From: an uncultured Gemmatimonadota bacterium
GTDB taxonomy: Bacteria; Gemmatimonadota; Gemmatimonadetes; Palauibacterales; Palauibacteraceae
Reading direction: 5' to 3'
Assembly: GCA_964509895.1 (NCBI GenBank)
Contig: CAZDZJ010000135.1
Span: forward strand, 1,674 to 65,673
DNA: 64,000 nt
Shown here: positions 49,118 through 60,194 of the stretch, in pieces
Layout: every line of letters starts with the position of its first letter
How positions within the stretch are numbered: position 1 is the stretch's first letter
The notes under the pieces: model-generated
The model's input: only the letters and a program-made list of their open reading frames with translations
Told to the model about the DNA's origin: nothing
Database searches by the model: none
Made by a program: the position numbers and the translations under genes

Positions 49118-52039
49118 ATGAGCGACCGGATCCGGGTCCGAGGCGCCCGGCAGCACAACCTCAAGGGCGTCGACATCGACATCGAGCGCGGGGCCCTCAC
49201 GGTCCTCACGGGACCTTCCGGCTCCGGGAAGTCCAGCCTCGCCTTCGACACGATCTACGCCGAGGGGCAGCGCCGGTACATCGAGTCGCTGTCGACCTAC
49301 GCCAAGCAGTTCCTCGAGCGGATGCCGAAGCCCGATGTCGATCTCGTCGAAGGCGTGAGTCCTTCCGTCGCCATCGACCAGAGCAACCGGGTACAGTCGA
49401 GCCGCTCCACCGTCGGCACGATCACGGAGGTCTACGACTACCTGAGACTCCTGTGGGCGCGCGTGGGGACGACGGTATGCCCCCGCTGCGAGCGCACCGT
49501 CGTCCCGGACACCGTGACGTCGGCGACGGATGCGCTGCTCGACCTGGGTCCCGACGCACGGCTCGCCATCGCCTTCCCCGTCCCCCCCGAGGAGCGCGCC
49601 GATGCCCCGAGGGCCGTGGCACACCTCAGAGCGCGCGGGTATGTGCGCGTCCTCGCCGATGGTCGCGAACTCTACCTGCCCGACATCGACCTCGCGGCCG
49701 TGGAAGAGGAGGAGGGAGGGGAGCCGGTTCGGGCCCTGGCCGGGGCCGGCGAGGCGGTCGTCGTCGTGGACCGCGTCAGGTGCCGAAGCGAGGATCGGGA
49801 ACGGATCGCGGATTCGCTGGCGGCGGCCTTCGCCGAGGGGAAGGGTGCCGCCGTCGCGCTCGTCTGGAAGGGCGGCGGTTCGACGCCCGGGCGCCACGAC
49901 TTCGAGGAGGCCCATCGCTGCGCGCGGTGCGGCTCCGGATTCCCGCGGCCCACCCCCCAGCTGTTCAGCTTCAACAGCCCCGCCGGAGCGTGCGACACCT
50001 GCACGGGCTTCGGCGCGGTGCTGGAGTACGCTCCGCAACTGATCGTCCCCGACCCGGGCCGTTCGCTGGAAGGGGGGGCGCTCGATCCGTGGTCGAAGCC
50101 CCGTTACCGGCGCGAGCGCACGCGGCTGAGACAGTTCGCGGTTTCCTCGGGGCTGGACATGGCCCTCCCCTGGGATCTGCTGCCCGAGGACGGACGCAAT
50201 GTCCTCCTCAACGGAGGGACCTACGCGGGGGAGCGCTTCCGAGGCGTAGTCCCGTTCCTCCGCTCGAAGGAAAGGAAGCGGTACAAGGCGTATATCCGCG
50301 TCTTTCTGCGCCAGTACCAGCTTCCCGAGCGGTGTTCGGGATGCGAGGGCAACCGCCTGAAGCCGGAGGCGCTGCACGTCCGCGTGGCGGGACGACACAT
50401 CGCCGAGGTGGCCCGCTGGACGGTGAAGGAAGTCGCCGGCTGGCTCACGGGGGACCTCGATCTGACTCCGTTCGAACGCAAGGTGGCGGGGACCATCCTG
50501 CGCGAACTCGAGCAGCGGATCTCGTTCCTCGGGGAAGTGGGGCTTGGGTACCTGACGCTGGATCGACAGGCCCGGTCGCTCTCCGGCGGCGAGATGCAGA
50601 GGATCCGGCTCGCGAGCTGTCTCGGGAGCAGGCTGGTCGGCACGCTCTATGTCCTCGACGAACCCACGATCGGGCTGCACCCGCACGACATCGACGCCTT
50701 CACGGGCGTCCTCGAACGGCTCGCGACCCGCGGCAATACGGTCCTCGTCGTCGAGCACGAGCCCACGGTCCTGGAGCGGGCGGACCGGATCGTGGAACTG
50801 GGCCCACGGGCCGGCGAGCACGGGGGCGAGATCGTGTTCGAGGGCGACTGGGACGGCCTCCTCGCGTCGGAGACCGGGACGGGGCGGGCACTCGCACGCC
50901 GGGCGGCGCCGGCCGGCGTGGTCGGTGTGCGGGAGGCGGTCGCCCGGCCGGGCAGGCCACGGGGGCGACCTCCGCCTGCGGGCGAACTCGTCCTTCGCGG
51001 CGCGCGGCTCCACAACGTGCGGGATGTGGATGTGGCGATTCCGCTCGCGTCGCTCACGCTCGTGACCGGCGTCTCCGGATCCGGCAAATCGACCCTTGTC
51101 CGCGGGGTGCTGTACCAGGCCCTCGAGCGGGAAATCACGGACAGATCCTCCGCCAAGCCGCACCTCGGCGAACCCTCCGGCGCGTGGGACGCTCTGGAAG
51201 GGATCGATTTCCTGGAGGATGTCGTGCTCGTCGACCAGCGGCCGATCGGGCGCACGCCGCGCTCCAACCCCGCGACCTACATCGGAGCCTTCACCCCGCT
51301 GCGGAGCGCGTATGCGGCCCTGCCGGAGGCCCGCGCGCGGGGTTACGAGGCGGGGTACTTCTCCTTCAACCGGGCGGGCGGCCGTTGCGAGCGCTGCAAG
51401 GGGGCGGGCGAGGAGACCGTGGAGATGGTCTTCCTGGCCGACGTCTCCGTGCCGTGCGAGGCGTGCGGGGGCTCGCGCTACCGCCCCGAAGTGCTGGAGA
51501 TCGGGATCCGCGGGCGCTCGATCCGGGACGCGCTCGACATGACCGTGGACGAGGCGATCCGCTTCTTCATTCGCCACGATCGCCTCGGGGCGCGCCTGTG
51601 GCACCTGCAGCGCGTGGGTCTCGGCTACCTCCGGCTCGGCCAGCCGGCGACGACCCTCTCGGGTGGCGAGGCGCAGCGGCTGAAGATCGCAAGGGAACTC
51701 GCGCGTCGCCGAAGCTCCGGCCAAAGGCTGTACATCCTGGACGAGCCGACGGTGGGCCTCGGCGTGGCGGAGGTGGGCACGCTCGTGGCGGTGCTGCGGG
51801 AGCTCGTGGGAGAGGGGCACACCGTCGTCGTGGTCGAACACAACCTCGATATCGTCGCGGAAGCCGACTGGGTCATCGACATGGGACCCGGCCCCGCCGA
51901 TCAAGGCGGGCGAATCGTGGCGGCGGGCCCGCCCGGGGCGATTGCGGAGGCGGAGCATTCCCGCACCGGTGCCTTCCTGAAGGCGCGAGCGCAACGGCTC
52001 GCCCTCGACGCGGCCGTCGGCGGGGCGGAGTCGGCGTGA
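49118..52039 (+). CDS. uvrA: Excinuclease ABC subunit UvrA
   Basis: GARQHNLK, GPSGSGKSSLAFDT, zinc-finger CxxC pairs, LSGGE twice, GVSGSGKST. Confidence 0.95.
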   Translation: MSDRIRVRGARQHNLKGVDIDIERGALTVLTGPSGSGKSSLAFDTIYAEGQRRYIESLSTYAKQFLERMPKPDVDLVEGVSPSVAIDQSNRVQSSRSTVGTITEVYDYLRLLWARVGTTVCPRCERTVVPDTVTSATDALLDLGPDARLAIAFPVPPEERADAPRAVAHLRARGYVRVLADGRELYLPDIDLAAVEEEEGGEPVRALAGAGEAVVVVDRVRCRSEDRERIADSLAAAFAEGKGAAVALVWKGGGSTPGRHDFEEAHRCARCGSGFPRPTPQLFSFNSPAGACDTCTGFGAVLEYAPQLIVPDPGRSLEGGALDPWSKPRYRRERTRLRQFAVSSGLDMALPWDLLPEDGRNVLLNGGTYAGERFRGVVPFLRSKERKRYKAYIRVFLRQYQLPERCSGCEGNRLKPEALHVRVAGRHIAEVARWTVKEVAGWLTGDLDLTPFERKVAGTILRELEQRISFLGEVGLGYLTLDRQARSLSGGEMQRIRLASCLGSRLVGTLYVLDEPTIGLHPHDIDAFTGVLERLATRGNTVLVVEHEPTVLERADRIVELGPRAGEHGGEIVFEGDWDGLLASETGTGRALARRAAPAGVVGVREAVARPGRPRGRPPPAGELVLRGARLHNVRDVDVAIPLASLTLVTGVSGSGKSTLVRGVLYQALEREITDRSSAKPHLGEPSGAWDALEGIDFLEDVVLVDQRPIGRTPRSNPATYIGAFTPLRSAYAALPEARARGYEAGYFSFNRAGGRCERCKGAGEETVEMVFLADVSVPCEACGGSRYRPEVLEIGIRGRSIRDALDMTVDEAIRFFIRHDRLGARLWHLQRVGLGYLRLGQPATTLSGGEAQRLKIARELARRRSSGQRLYILDEPTVGLGVAEVGTLVAVLRELVGEGHTVVVVEHNLDIVAEADWVIDMGPGPADQGGRIVAAGPPGAIAEAEHSRTGAFLKARAQRLALDAAVGGAESA

Positions 52040-52704
52040 CGGGAGCCGGCGGGTCGGGAGCCGCGGCGCCGCGTGTCGCCATCCTCCTGCCGTGCCGGGA
52101 CGCCGAACCGTTCCTGGGCGCGTGCATCGACAGCCTTCGGGCCCAGACGGAAACGCGCTTCGAGGTGCTTGCCCTCGACGACGGCTCGACGGACGGCACC
52201 GGGGCGCTGCTGCGGGCGTGGGCGGACCGGGATCCCCGCGTCCGGCTCGTCGACCGCGAGGGCTCGGGGATCGTCGCGGCCCTGCGCCGGCTGTCGGGCG
52301 AAGCGGGGGCGCCGCTTCTCGCGCGCGTGGATGCCGACGACATCGCGCGCCCCGGCCGGCTGGCCGCCCAACTACATCTCCTCGCCCGGCGACCCGACAT
52401 CACCGCGTGCGGCACCGGCGTCCGCTACTTCCCCCGGCCCGCGTCCGGCTCGGGCTATCTCCGCTACGAGAACTGGATCAACGGGCTCACCGATCCCGGC
52501 GCGGTCGAGCGGGACCTGTTCGTCGAGGGTCCGATCGCCCACCCCACGCTGATGCTGCGCCGCGAGGCGTTCGAGGCGCTCCTGCCATGGACGATCGCCG
52601 AGGAACTCCCACTCGATGTCGTCGAACTGTCGGAGCAGGTCGGCGCCGTAGGCCGAGGACGGCGTCTGGTACCCGACACTGAAGTCCCCGGCCAGGGCGC
52701 GTAG
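52036..52704 (+). pseudogene. Family 2 glycosyltransferase, apparently truncated at ~52578
   Basis: LPCRDAE, DDGSTDGT, RVDADD, IAHPTLMLRREAFEA, then sequence antisense to the neighbouring gene; expected GGY...EDYD segment absent. Confidence 0.7.
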
Positions 52705-53661
52705 CGCAATGGCGACCGCGGTCGCGGCCGTGAATCCATAGGGGTCCGGCGTCCGCACGCGGGCAGCCGCGCGATTCCCTTCCGCGTCTTCGATCTCCGC
52801 GACCAGAATCGCGTGCGCCGTTCGGCGCGCCGATTCGCTCGGCCCCTCCGGCGCGCGGTCGAGCAGGCGGTTCAGCAACGTCCTTCCCGTCCGTCCGGCC
52901 AGCAGCGGACCGAAACCGCGGAGGATCCTCGTGAGGCGCGAGAAGGTCCGGGTCGCCTGCAGGTACGTCTCGATATTCGGTATTCCGGTGGAGTGGAAGG
53001 CCGTCGACACGTCACCCAGCACACCGACGAGCGCCGCGTCCGGAGGGCATCCGAAATCGAACGCGTGGTGCAGTTGACCGGGCCGCACCGTCGCGATCGC
53101 GCCATCGCGCCGGATCCAAAACCGCCCGATCGCCTGGGCGACCGTGCGCAGGGTGCCGCGGGAGGCGCCGCTCCGGGCCGCGAGGCCCAGCCTCAGCGTG
53201 CGGCCGCCCGGATGCCGCGCGGCGAGGTCGGCGATGAGACAGTCGCTCGGTACGACATCGAACCCGACGCCCGGCATGACCATGATGCCCGACCCGGCGG
53301 CCTCCGCACTTCGCGCGGCCAACGCCTCGAACACGTCGATCTCGCCGGTGATGTCGAGGTAGTGCGTGCCCGTCCCGAGGCAGGCGTCGTACATGGGGAG
53401 GGCGGTGCTGGAGAATGGTCCCGCGCAGTGAAGAACCACGGATATGTCTTCGAGGGCGGCGACGAGTCCGGCCGGATCGTCCAGCCGGAAGGCCCGGGTC
53501 TCCAGCCCGGCCGCGGCGGCGGTCGTCGACGCCAGCGCAGCGAGCTTCTCCGGGTCCCGGGCCCCGAGCACGGGCCGCAATCCCACTCGCACCGCCTCGG
53601 CGACGACGAGCCGTCCGGTATACCCGGTAGCGCCGTAGACGAGCAACTTCGATTCAGTCAT
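52372..53661 (-). CDS. Saccharopine dehydrogenase NADP-binding domain / trans-acting enoyl reductase family protein (run-on C-terminus)
   Basis: VYGATGYTG, HCAGPF, HYLDITGE, GVGFDVVPSD, GYQTPSSAYG. Confidence 0.85.
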   Translation of the reverse strand: MTESKLLVYGATGYTGRLVVAEAVRVGLRPVLGARDPEKLAALASTTAAAAGLETRAFRLDDPAGLVAALEDISVVLHCAGPFSSTALPMYDACLGTGTHYLDITGEIDVFEALAARSAEAAGSGIMVMPGVGFDVVPSDCLIADLAARHPGGRTLRLGLAARSGASRGTLRTVAQAIGRFWIRRDGAIATVRPGQLHHAFDFGCPPDAALVGVLGDVSTAFHSTGIPNIETYLQATRTFSRLTRILRGFGPLLAGRTGRTLLNRLLDRAPEGPSESARRTAHAILVAEIEDAEGNRAAARVRTPDPYGFTAATAVAIALRALAGDFSVGYQTPSSAYGADLLRQFDDIEWEFLGDRPWQERLERLAAQHQRGVGDRTLDEQVPLDRAGIGEPVDPVLVAEIARAGRGPGEVADAGAARGDVGSPGEEM

Positions 53662-53687
53662 GCCCTCAACCTACGGAGTGACTCGCC

Positions 53688-54311
53688 ATGCGTCTGCTTC
53701 TGTTCAGCGATCTTCACACGGATCTCGCCGCCGCCACCTCGATCGTCGAGCGGTCGGCCGGCTTCGACGTCGTGGTCGGCGCCGGCGACTTCGCGGTGAA
53801 GCGGCGCGGTCTGGCAGGGATCATGCGCGTCCTCGCCGCGATCGAGACCCCCGCGGTCCTCGTCCCCGGAAACGGCGAGTCCGCCGGGGAACTCTCCGCG
53901 GCGTGCCGCGACTGGCCGGCGGCCCACGTACTGCACGGAGAGGGCGCGGACATCGGCGGCGTGCCCTTCTTCGGACTCGGCGGCGGCGTGCCGGTGACGC
54001 CGTTCGGCGCCTGGAGCTACGACTTCACGGAAGACGAGGCGCAGGGCCTCCTCTCCACCTGCCCCGAGAGGGCCGTCCTCGTCTCCCACTCCCCTCCGCT
54101 CGGTCACGGCGACGCCGACGGGGCCGGACGCCACATGGGCAGCACGGCGGTGCTCGAGACCATCGAACGGGCCCATCCCCGCCTCGTCGTCTGCGGGCAC
54201 ATCCACGGCTCCTGGGGCGTCGTGTCACGGGCCGGTGATACGCCGGTCGTGAACGCGGGTCCGGGCGGTGTGGAATGGCGTCTCGAGAGGGAAACCCGAC
54301 CGGGTCGCTGA
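53688..54311 (+). CDS. Metallophosphoesterase (calcineurin-like)
   Basis: SDLH, AGDF, PGNGE, SHSPP, CGHIH. Confidence 0.9.
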   Translation: MRLLLFSDLHTDLAAATSIVERSAGFDVVVGAGDFAVKRRGLAGIMRVLAAIETPAVLVPGNGESAGELSAACRDWPAAHVLHGEGADIGGVPFFGLGGGVPVTPFGAWSYDFTEDEAQGLLSTCPERAVLVSHSPPLGHGDADGAGRHMGSTAVLETIERAHPRLVVCGHIHGSWGVVSRAGDTPVVNAGPGGVEWRLERETRPGR

Positions 54312-54496
54312 GGTCTCGCCGACCTCGTCATCGGCTCGGTCGCGGAACCCGCCGGGGAGGTGCGTCGGGAGACGGCGAACAAGTCGCGAAATGCCCGAAA
54401 ATCCGGTAGATTGTAGCGTCTCACCGACAGTGGCCCGGTCCCCTCCGACGGCTGCGTCCCCCGGGATCTCGAAAACGCCAGTTTCAGCGGGAATCC

Positions 54497-57013
54497 ATGA
54501 CCACCGAGAGCATAGAACGCGTCGAGCGGAGACCGCTCGAAGAAGAGATGCGCGAGTCGTTCATCGACTACTCGATGAGCGTCATCGTGCAGCGCGCCCT
54601 GCCCGACGTCCGCGACGGGCTGAAGCCGGTGCACCGGCGCATCCTGTACGCGATGCACGAGGCCGGCCTCGGGCCGACCCGACCCTACCGGAAGAGCGCC
54701 ACGGTCGTCGGCGACGTGATCGGGAAATACCACCCGCACGGCGACTCGGCCGTGTACGATTCGCTCGTGCGGATGGCGCAGGAGTTCTCCCTCCGCTATC
54801 CGCTCGTCGACGGGCAGGGAAACTTCGGCTCCGTGGACGGCGACTCCGCCGCGGCCTATCGCTACACCGAGGCCCGTCTCGCCGGGTTCGCGAGCCAGCT
54901 TCTCGGCGATATCGACAAGGACACGGTCGACCACACGCCGAATTTCGATGACCGGCTGCAGGAGCCGACGGTTCTCCCGTCCGCGCTCCCCAACCTCCTC
55001 GTCAACGGGTCGTCGGGCATCGCGGTGGGCATGGCCACGAACATCCCCCCGCACAACCTCCGAGAGGTCGCGGAAGCCTGTCACCGGCTCATCGAGGCGC
55101 CCGACACATCGCTCGACGAGTTGATGGAGATCATACGCGGCCCGGACTTCCCCACCGGCGGCACGATCTTCGGCGGCGCGGGAATCCGCGAAGCCTACCG
55201 GCAGGGGCGCGGACGCGTCGTGATGCGCGCGAAGGCCGACATCGAGGAGGGGAGGGACGGACGCGACCGCATCATCATCCGCGAGATCCCCTTCATGGTA
55301 AACAAGACCCGCCTCATCGAGCAGATCGCGGGTCTCGTGCGGGACAAGAAGGTCACGGACATTTCCGACCTGCGCGACGAATCCGACCGCGATGGCATCC
55401 GCGTCGTCATCGAACTCAAGCGCGATGCGGTCCCCCAGATCGTCCTCAACCAGCTCTTCAAGGGCACGCAGCTGCAGTCCACCTTCGGCGTCATCATGCT
55501 CGCGCTCGTGGGCGGCGAGCCGCAGGTGATGGACCTCAAGACGATTCTCGGACACTTCCTCGAGCACCGGCACGAGGTCGTGGAGCGGCGCTCGAAGTTC
55601 GACTTCGGCGTGGCGAAGGACCGGGAGCACGTCCTCGAGGGCCTCAAGATCGCGGTCGACAATATCGACGAGGTCATCCGCATCATCCGCGCCTCGGCAG
55701 AGACCGAGATCGCGAGCGCGGAACTGCGGGCCGGCTTCGATCTCAGCGAACGCCAGGCCGACGCGATCCTCAACATGCGGCTCGCCCGCCTCACGGGTCT
55801 CGAGATCGAGAAACTCGAGGCGGAACTGGAAACGGTCCGTGAGCGCCGGCAGGAACTCGAAGCCATCCTCGCATCGCGCGAGCGGCGGATGGAGATCGTC
55901 GGCCAGGAGCTGTCGGCGCTCGTCGACAGGTTCGGCGATGAGCGCCGCACGGAGATCGTGCCCGACACCTCCGACCTCACCGACGAGGACCTCATCGCCG
56001 AAGAGCGGATGGTCATCACCGTGTCCCACACGGGCTACATCAAGCGCATCGAGCCCCAGGTCTACCGGGCGCAGCGGCGCGGCGGGCGCGGGATCGCGGG
56101 CATGGGCACGAAGGAGGAGGACTGGGTCGAGCACCTCTTCCTCGCCTCGACACACGACTACCTCCTCATCTTCACGCGGGATGGGCGGCTGTACCGGCTC
56201 AAGGTGTACCAGATCCCGCTCGCACGCCGGACGGCCCGCGGCAAACCCATCGTGAACCTGCTCCGGATGAACAAGGGCGATGAGGTCGCGTCCATCGTGC
56301 GCGTGCGGGAGTTCTCGGACGACCGTTTTCTCATCTTCGCGAGCCGGCAGGGACTCGTGAAGCGGACGAGCCTCGCCGCGTACCGCAACGTGCACGCCGG
56401 AGGGCTGCGGGCGATCAACATCCTCGAAGACGACCGCCTCATCGACGTCAAGCTGAGCGATGGCTCGAACGATGTGATTCTTGCCACGCGGCGCGGGATG
56501 GCGATCCGATTCTCTGAGAGCGACGCGCGAGAGATGGGTCGGGCGACGCAGGGAGTGCGCGGCATCCGGCTCATGGACGGGGACACGGTCGTGGGGCTCG
56601 TGGTCGCGCGGCGCGGCGGGTCTCTCCTGACCGCGACGGAACTGGGGATGGGGAAACGGAGCGAGGTCGACGACTACCGGATCCAGAAGCGCGGCGGAAA
56701 GGGCCTCATCAACCTCAAGCCGACGGAGAAGTCCGGGTTCGTCGCGGCGGTGCGCGAAGTGACGGACGAAGATGAGTTGATGTTCGTGACCCGGAACGGC
56801 GTCATCAACCGGCAGCCGGCCGAGGGCATCCGGGTGATCGGACGCAACACGAAGGGCGTGCGGCTGGTTTCCCTCGACGAGGGCGATGAACTGATGGATG
56901 TCGCCGGCTTGATCGACCCGATCGGGACGGACGAGGAGGAGGGAGAGAATCCGGCGGCGGACGGCGCCGAAGCCGACGCCGGGGCGGGTGCCGAGACCGG
57001 GGACGCCGAGTGA
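54497..57013 (+). CDS. gyrA: DNA gyrase subunit A
   Basis: [32 protein letters not shown], GyrA-box QRRGGRG, acidic tail. Confidence 0.97.
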   Translation: MTTESIERVERRPLEEEMRESFIDYSMSVIVQRALPDVRDGLKPVHRRILYAMHEAGLGPTRPYRKSATVVGDVIGKYHPHGDSAVYDSLVRMAQEFSLRYPLVDGQGNFGSVDGDSAAAYRYTEARLAGFASQLLGDIDKDTVDHTPNFDDRLQEPTVLPSALPNLLVNGSSGIAVGMATNIPPHNLREVAEACHRLIEAPDTSLDELMEIIRGPDFPTGGTIFGGAGIREAYRQGRGRVVMRAKADIEEGRDGRDRIIIREIPFMVNKTRLIEQIAGLVRDKKVTDISDLRDESDRDGIRVVIELKRDAVPQIVLNQLFKGTQLQSTFGVIMLALVGGEPQVMDLKTILGHFLEHRHEVVERRSKFDFGVAKDREHVLEGLKIAVDNIDEVIRIIRASAETEIASAELRAGFDLSERQADAILNMRLARLTGLEIEKLEAELETVRERRQELEAILASRERRMEIVGQELSALVDRFGDERRTEIVPDTSDLTDEDLIAEERMVITVSHTGYIKRIEPQVYRAQRRGGRGIAGMGTKEEDWVEHLFLASTHDYLLIFTRDGRLYRLKVYQIPLARRTARGKPIVNLLRMNKGDEVASIVRVREFSDDRFLIFASRQGLVKRTSLAAYRNVHAGGLRAINILEDDRLIDVKLSDGSNDVILATRRGMAIRFSESDAREMGRATQGVRGIRLMDGDTVVGLVVARRGGSLLTATELGMGKRSEVDDYRIQKRGGKGLINLKPTEKSGFVAAVREVTDEDELMFVTRNGVINRQPAEGIRVIGRNTKGVRLVSLDEGDELMDVAGLIDPIGTDEEEGENPAADGAEADAGAGAETGDAE

Positions 57014-58008
57014 GAGGGGCCGTCGCGACCCTCGTTTCGCTCGCGGACATCGAGGCCGCGCACGAACGGATTCGCGGAGCGGTTCGGCGCACCCCGCTGA
57101 TCCGGGCCCCCTTCCCGCGCGCCGGGGGGCGGGGCGCGACGGATGCTCCGGACGGCGTGTGGCTGAAGTGCGAGAATCTCCAGCGCGTGTCGGCCTTCAA
57201 GGCGCGCGGCGCGTACAACTACGTGAGCCTGCTCTCCCCGGAGGAGCGGGCCGCCGGACTCCTCACGTACTCCTCCGGCAATCACGCGCAGGCCGTGGCC
57301 TGGGCCGCGCGGGCGTTCGGCGTGCCGGCGAGGATCGTGATGCCGGTGGATGCGCCCGACGTGAAGCGCGAGGCGACGATCGCGCTTGGCGCGGAGGTCG
57401 AACTCGAGGGCACGACGTCGTCCGAACGAAAGGCGCGCGCCGAAGAGATTCAGCGAGAACTCGGCGGGACCATGGTGCCGCCCTTCGACGACCCCGACAT
57501 CATCGCGGGGCAGGGCACGGTGGCGCTCGAGATCGTCGAGCAACTCGGCGCGCGGGAGCCGGGGGTCGTGCTGGCTCCGATCGGCGGCGGCGGGCAGCTG
57601 TCGGGCGTCGCGGCGGCCGTGCGGGGCCTGTGCCCGGAGGCCGAGATCGTCGGCGTCGAGCCCGCGGGGGCGGCCTCGATGCTGCGCTCGCTCGAGCACG
57701 GCGCGCCCGTGACGCTCGACCGCGTCTCCACGGTTGCCGATGGCCTGAAGCCGGTTCGCCCCGGCGACCTCACCTTCGCCCACACCCGCGATCTCGTGAA
57801 CCGGGTCGTCACGGTCGACGATGACGCGATCCGCGACGCCGTGCGTTGGCTCTTCGGCCTGCGGCTCGTCGTCGAGCCCTCCGGCGCGGCGACCGTCGCG
57901 GCCCTGCTCGCCGGCGCGGTGACGCCCCCGGCGCGGGGCGAGACCGTGGCGATCCTCTCCGGCGGAAACATCGAGCCGGCGCTCCTCGCGGACTGGATCG
58001 GCGATTGA
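57010..58008 (+). CDS. Threonine/serine dehydratase (PLP fold II)
   Basis: [42 protein letters not shown]. Confidence 0.92.
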   Translation: MRGAVATLVSLADIEAAHERIRGAVRRTPLIRAPFPRAGGRGATDAPDGVWLKCENLQRVSAFKARGAYNYVSLLSPEERAAGLLTYSSGNHAQAVAWAARAFGVPARIVMPVDAPDVKREATIALGAEVELEGTTSSERKARAEEIQRELGGTMVPPFDDPDIIAGQGTVALEIVEQLGAREPGVVLAPIGGGGQLSGVAAAVRGLCPEAEIVGVEPAGAASMLRSLEHGAPVTLDRVSTVADGLKPVRPGDLTFAHTRDLVNRVVTVDDDAIRDAVRWLFGLRLVVEPSGAATVAALLAGAVTPPARGETVAILSGGNIEPALLADWIGD

Positions 58009-58721
58009 CCGGCGCCAACGGTGCCCCGGCGCCCGGGCTCGCGCTGTTCGACATCGACGGAACGCTTGTGCACGCCGCGGGCGTCGGCCGGGCGGCGATC
58101 GAGGGCGCGATGATCGACATATACGGGACCGCCGGCCCCATCGACGACCTCCCCTTCGATGGGATGACGGACCCGCAGATCGTGCGCACCCTCCTCCGCG
58201 CCGAGGGTCTTTCCGAAGAGGAGATTGCCCCGGGCCTGGAGCCGCTGTGGCCTGCGTACGCCGCCCGGCTGGAGGATGAGATCGAGGAGCGGCGCGAGCG
58301 GATGCGTCCGACGCCGGGTGTCCCGGAGATCCTCGATGCGCTCGAGGAGGAGGGAACGGCGCTGGGGCTCCTGACCGGCAACATCGCCGCCGGCGCCGAG
58401 GGAAAGCTCTCGGCCGTCGGACTCTGGCGCCGCTTTCCGTTCGGCGCCTTCGGGTGCGACCATGCCGACCGGAACCGCCTGCCGCCCATCGCCCTCGAAC
58501 GGGCCTTCCGCCACACGGGAGCGCGATACGGCCCCGGCCGCACCTGGATCATCGGGGACACGCCGCACGACATCGAGTGCGCCCGCGGGTCCGGCCTCTC
58601 CGTGCTCGCGGTGGCCACCGGACGGTTCACTGTGGACGACCTCCGCCGTGCCGGCGCCGATGAGGCCCTCCCGTCGCTCGCGGACACCGGCCGCGTGCTG
58701 TCGACTCTGGCAAGCGCATGA
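58005..58721 (+). CDS. HAD family hydrolase
   Basis: LFDIDGTL, DGMTD, LTGN, IGDTPHD, VATG; TTGA overlap. Confidence 0.9.
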   Translation: MTGANGAPAPGLALFDIDGTLVHAAGVGRAAIEGAMIDIYGTAGPIDDLPFDGMTDPQIVRTLLRAEGLSEEEIAPGLEPLWPAYAARLEDEIEERRERMRPTPGVPEILDALEEEGTALGLLTGNIAAGAEGKLSAVGLWRRFPFGAFGCDHADRNRLPPIALERAFRHTGARYGPGRTWIIGDTPHDIECARGSGLSVLAVATGRFTVDDLRRAGADEALPSLADTGRVLSTLASA

Positions 58722-60133
58722 ACCGGAGGGGGCAACCCGATCCCAGGGCGTACCGCTTCGATGTCCACCTCGCGGGCGAGGACGTCCGTCCGCAGGTTTC
58801 GGTCGTCTGCATGCCCACCGGCATCCACTTCGAGGACCAGCAGGTACCGCTCCCGTCCGTCTTCTGGGTATCCCGGCGGGCCGGCCTCATCCTCGTCTTC
58901 GCGCGGGAACACACGATCGCCTTCTTCGGGGAGAGCGGCGACCTGGAGGCGTTCGCCCGGCACGTGGAGCAGGGAAGCGACGTGGCGGCCCGGCGGTCTC
59001 TCCTCCGCCCGCTGGCGGCCGACATCGTCGTGTGCACCGCCGGCACCGAGGTCGACGGCCGCATCGGCGAGACGCCACTCAGCGGGTTGTTCCTCGCCGT
59101 GTTCACCCGGCAGGGGCTCCACCTTTTCGCGGAAGACCGGGAGTACACGCTGCAGTGGCCCGTAGCTCACGTGGCCGAGGCACCCGTCGAGACCGGTGCG
59201 GACGACCGGCCCGTCCTGGAACTCGCGAAGGGCGAGACGGCGCTTGCGATTCGCTATCTCTTTCCGGAGGAGATCCAGGCCGTGCTCCCGGTGGCGCGCA
59301 CGACGCCGGCGCCTCCCGACACCGCCGATGTCCTCGAGATGTTCGGAAAGGGGGAAGTCGCCCGCCCGGTGCCGGCGCAACTGCCCGGTTTCGGCGTGGG
59401 CACGGACACCCTCCAGCAGGTCTGCGAAGAGGCCGTCGCACGCGTAAGGATCGACCCGTCGATCGGGGAACGCTTCGACCGGCGCTATTTCGAGCGCCAC
59501 TTTCGCACGCTCGGCGAGATGGCGCTCGGGCCGCTGATGCTGCGGCGCTCCGCAGCGATCGAGGCGGATTCGCTGGTGGCCGCGATCCAGGCCATGAGCG
59601 CGGAGCAGATGCGGCAGGACGCGATCGCCGCCTTCCGCGCCGTCACGCAGGAGTTGATGCGCGTGTACCGCGCCGAAGTGCGGGCGGTCGTCCGGGCGAA
59701 GCGCCTGGACCGCGAGCGCGGAGAAAAGGCACTGGACGCCGTCGACGAACCTGCCCTGCGAGAGGCAGTGTCGGAGCACCTGGACGCGCTCGACCCGGCG
59801 TTCGATGCCGCACTCGCGCGGCAACAGCTCCTCCTGCAGCGCCTGCACGCGCGCGATGTCGCCCCGCCGGATTCGGAGGAGATCGGTGTCGAGGAGGCGA
59901 TCCGCGCCTGGACGTACGAGGTGACGAAGCTCGATACCGCTTACACAGCCGGGGCGGCGGCGGCGCTGCTCGAAGTCGGGACCCTGTGGTCCGATCGCAT
60001 GATCCCGGGCCTGCGGGCACTGGCGGCCCTTCGCGCCCGACGCTTGTCGAAGCGGGCCCGATGGGCGATTCTCGCGATCGTGCTGGCGTTCGCAATCGCC
60101 GCGCTGGCCTGGCTGGCCCGCGATCTGATCTGA
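58718..60133 (+). CDS. Hypothetical protein with C-terminal TM anchor
   Basis: ATGA overlap with HAD gene, genome-like codon usage, terminal WAILAIVLAFAIAALAWL segment. Confidence 0.7.
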   Translation: MNRRGQPDPRAYRFDVHLAGEDVRPQVSVVCMPTGIHFEDQQVPLPSVFWVSRRAGLILVFAREHTIAFFGESGDLEAFARHVEQGSDVAARRSLLRPLAADIVVCTAGTEVDGRIGETPLSGLFLAVFTRQGLHLFAEDREYTLQWPVAHVAEAPVETGADDRPVLELAKGETALAIRYLFPEEIQAVLPVARTTPAPPDTADVLEMFGKGEVARPVPAQLPGFGVGTDTLQQVCEEAVARVRIDPSIGERFDRRYFERHFRTLGEMALGPLMLRRSAAIEADSLVAAIQAMSAEQMRQDAIAAFRAVTQELMRVYRAEVRAVVRAKRLDRERGEKALDAVDEPALREAVSEHLDALDPAFDAALARQQLLLQRLHARDVAPPDSEEIGVEEAIRAWTYEVTKLDTAYTAGAAAALLEVGTLWSDRMIPGLRALAALRARRLSKRARWAILAIVLAFAIAALAWLARDLI

Positions 60134-60194
60134 ACCGGGCCGGCCACGGCACCGGGCAGGAACAAGACAGGAAGCGAGACAGGGAGCAGGACAC

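Noticed and set aside
47150-51994. 1614-aa and 1056-aa 'giant' ABC proteins in the ORF track (47150-51994, 16713-19883)
   Set aside because: The N-terminal extensions are antisense to uvrA and to the GT-C gene; real starts are near 49042 and 17723.
54725-54770. Quinolone-resistance substitutions in GyrA
   Set aside because: HGDSAVYD retains the Ser83 and Asp87 equivalents.
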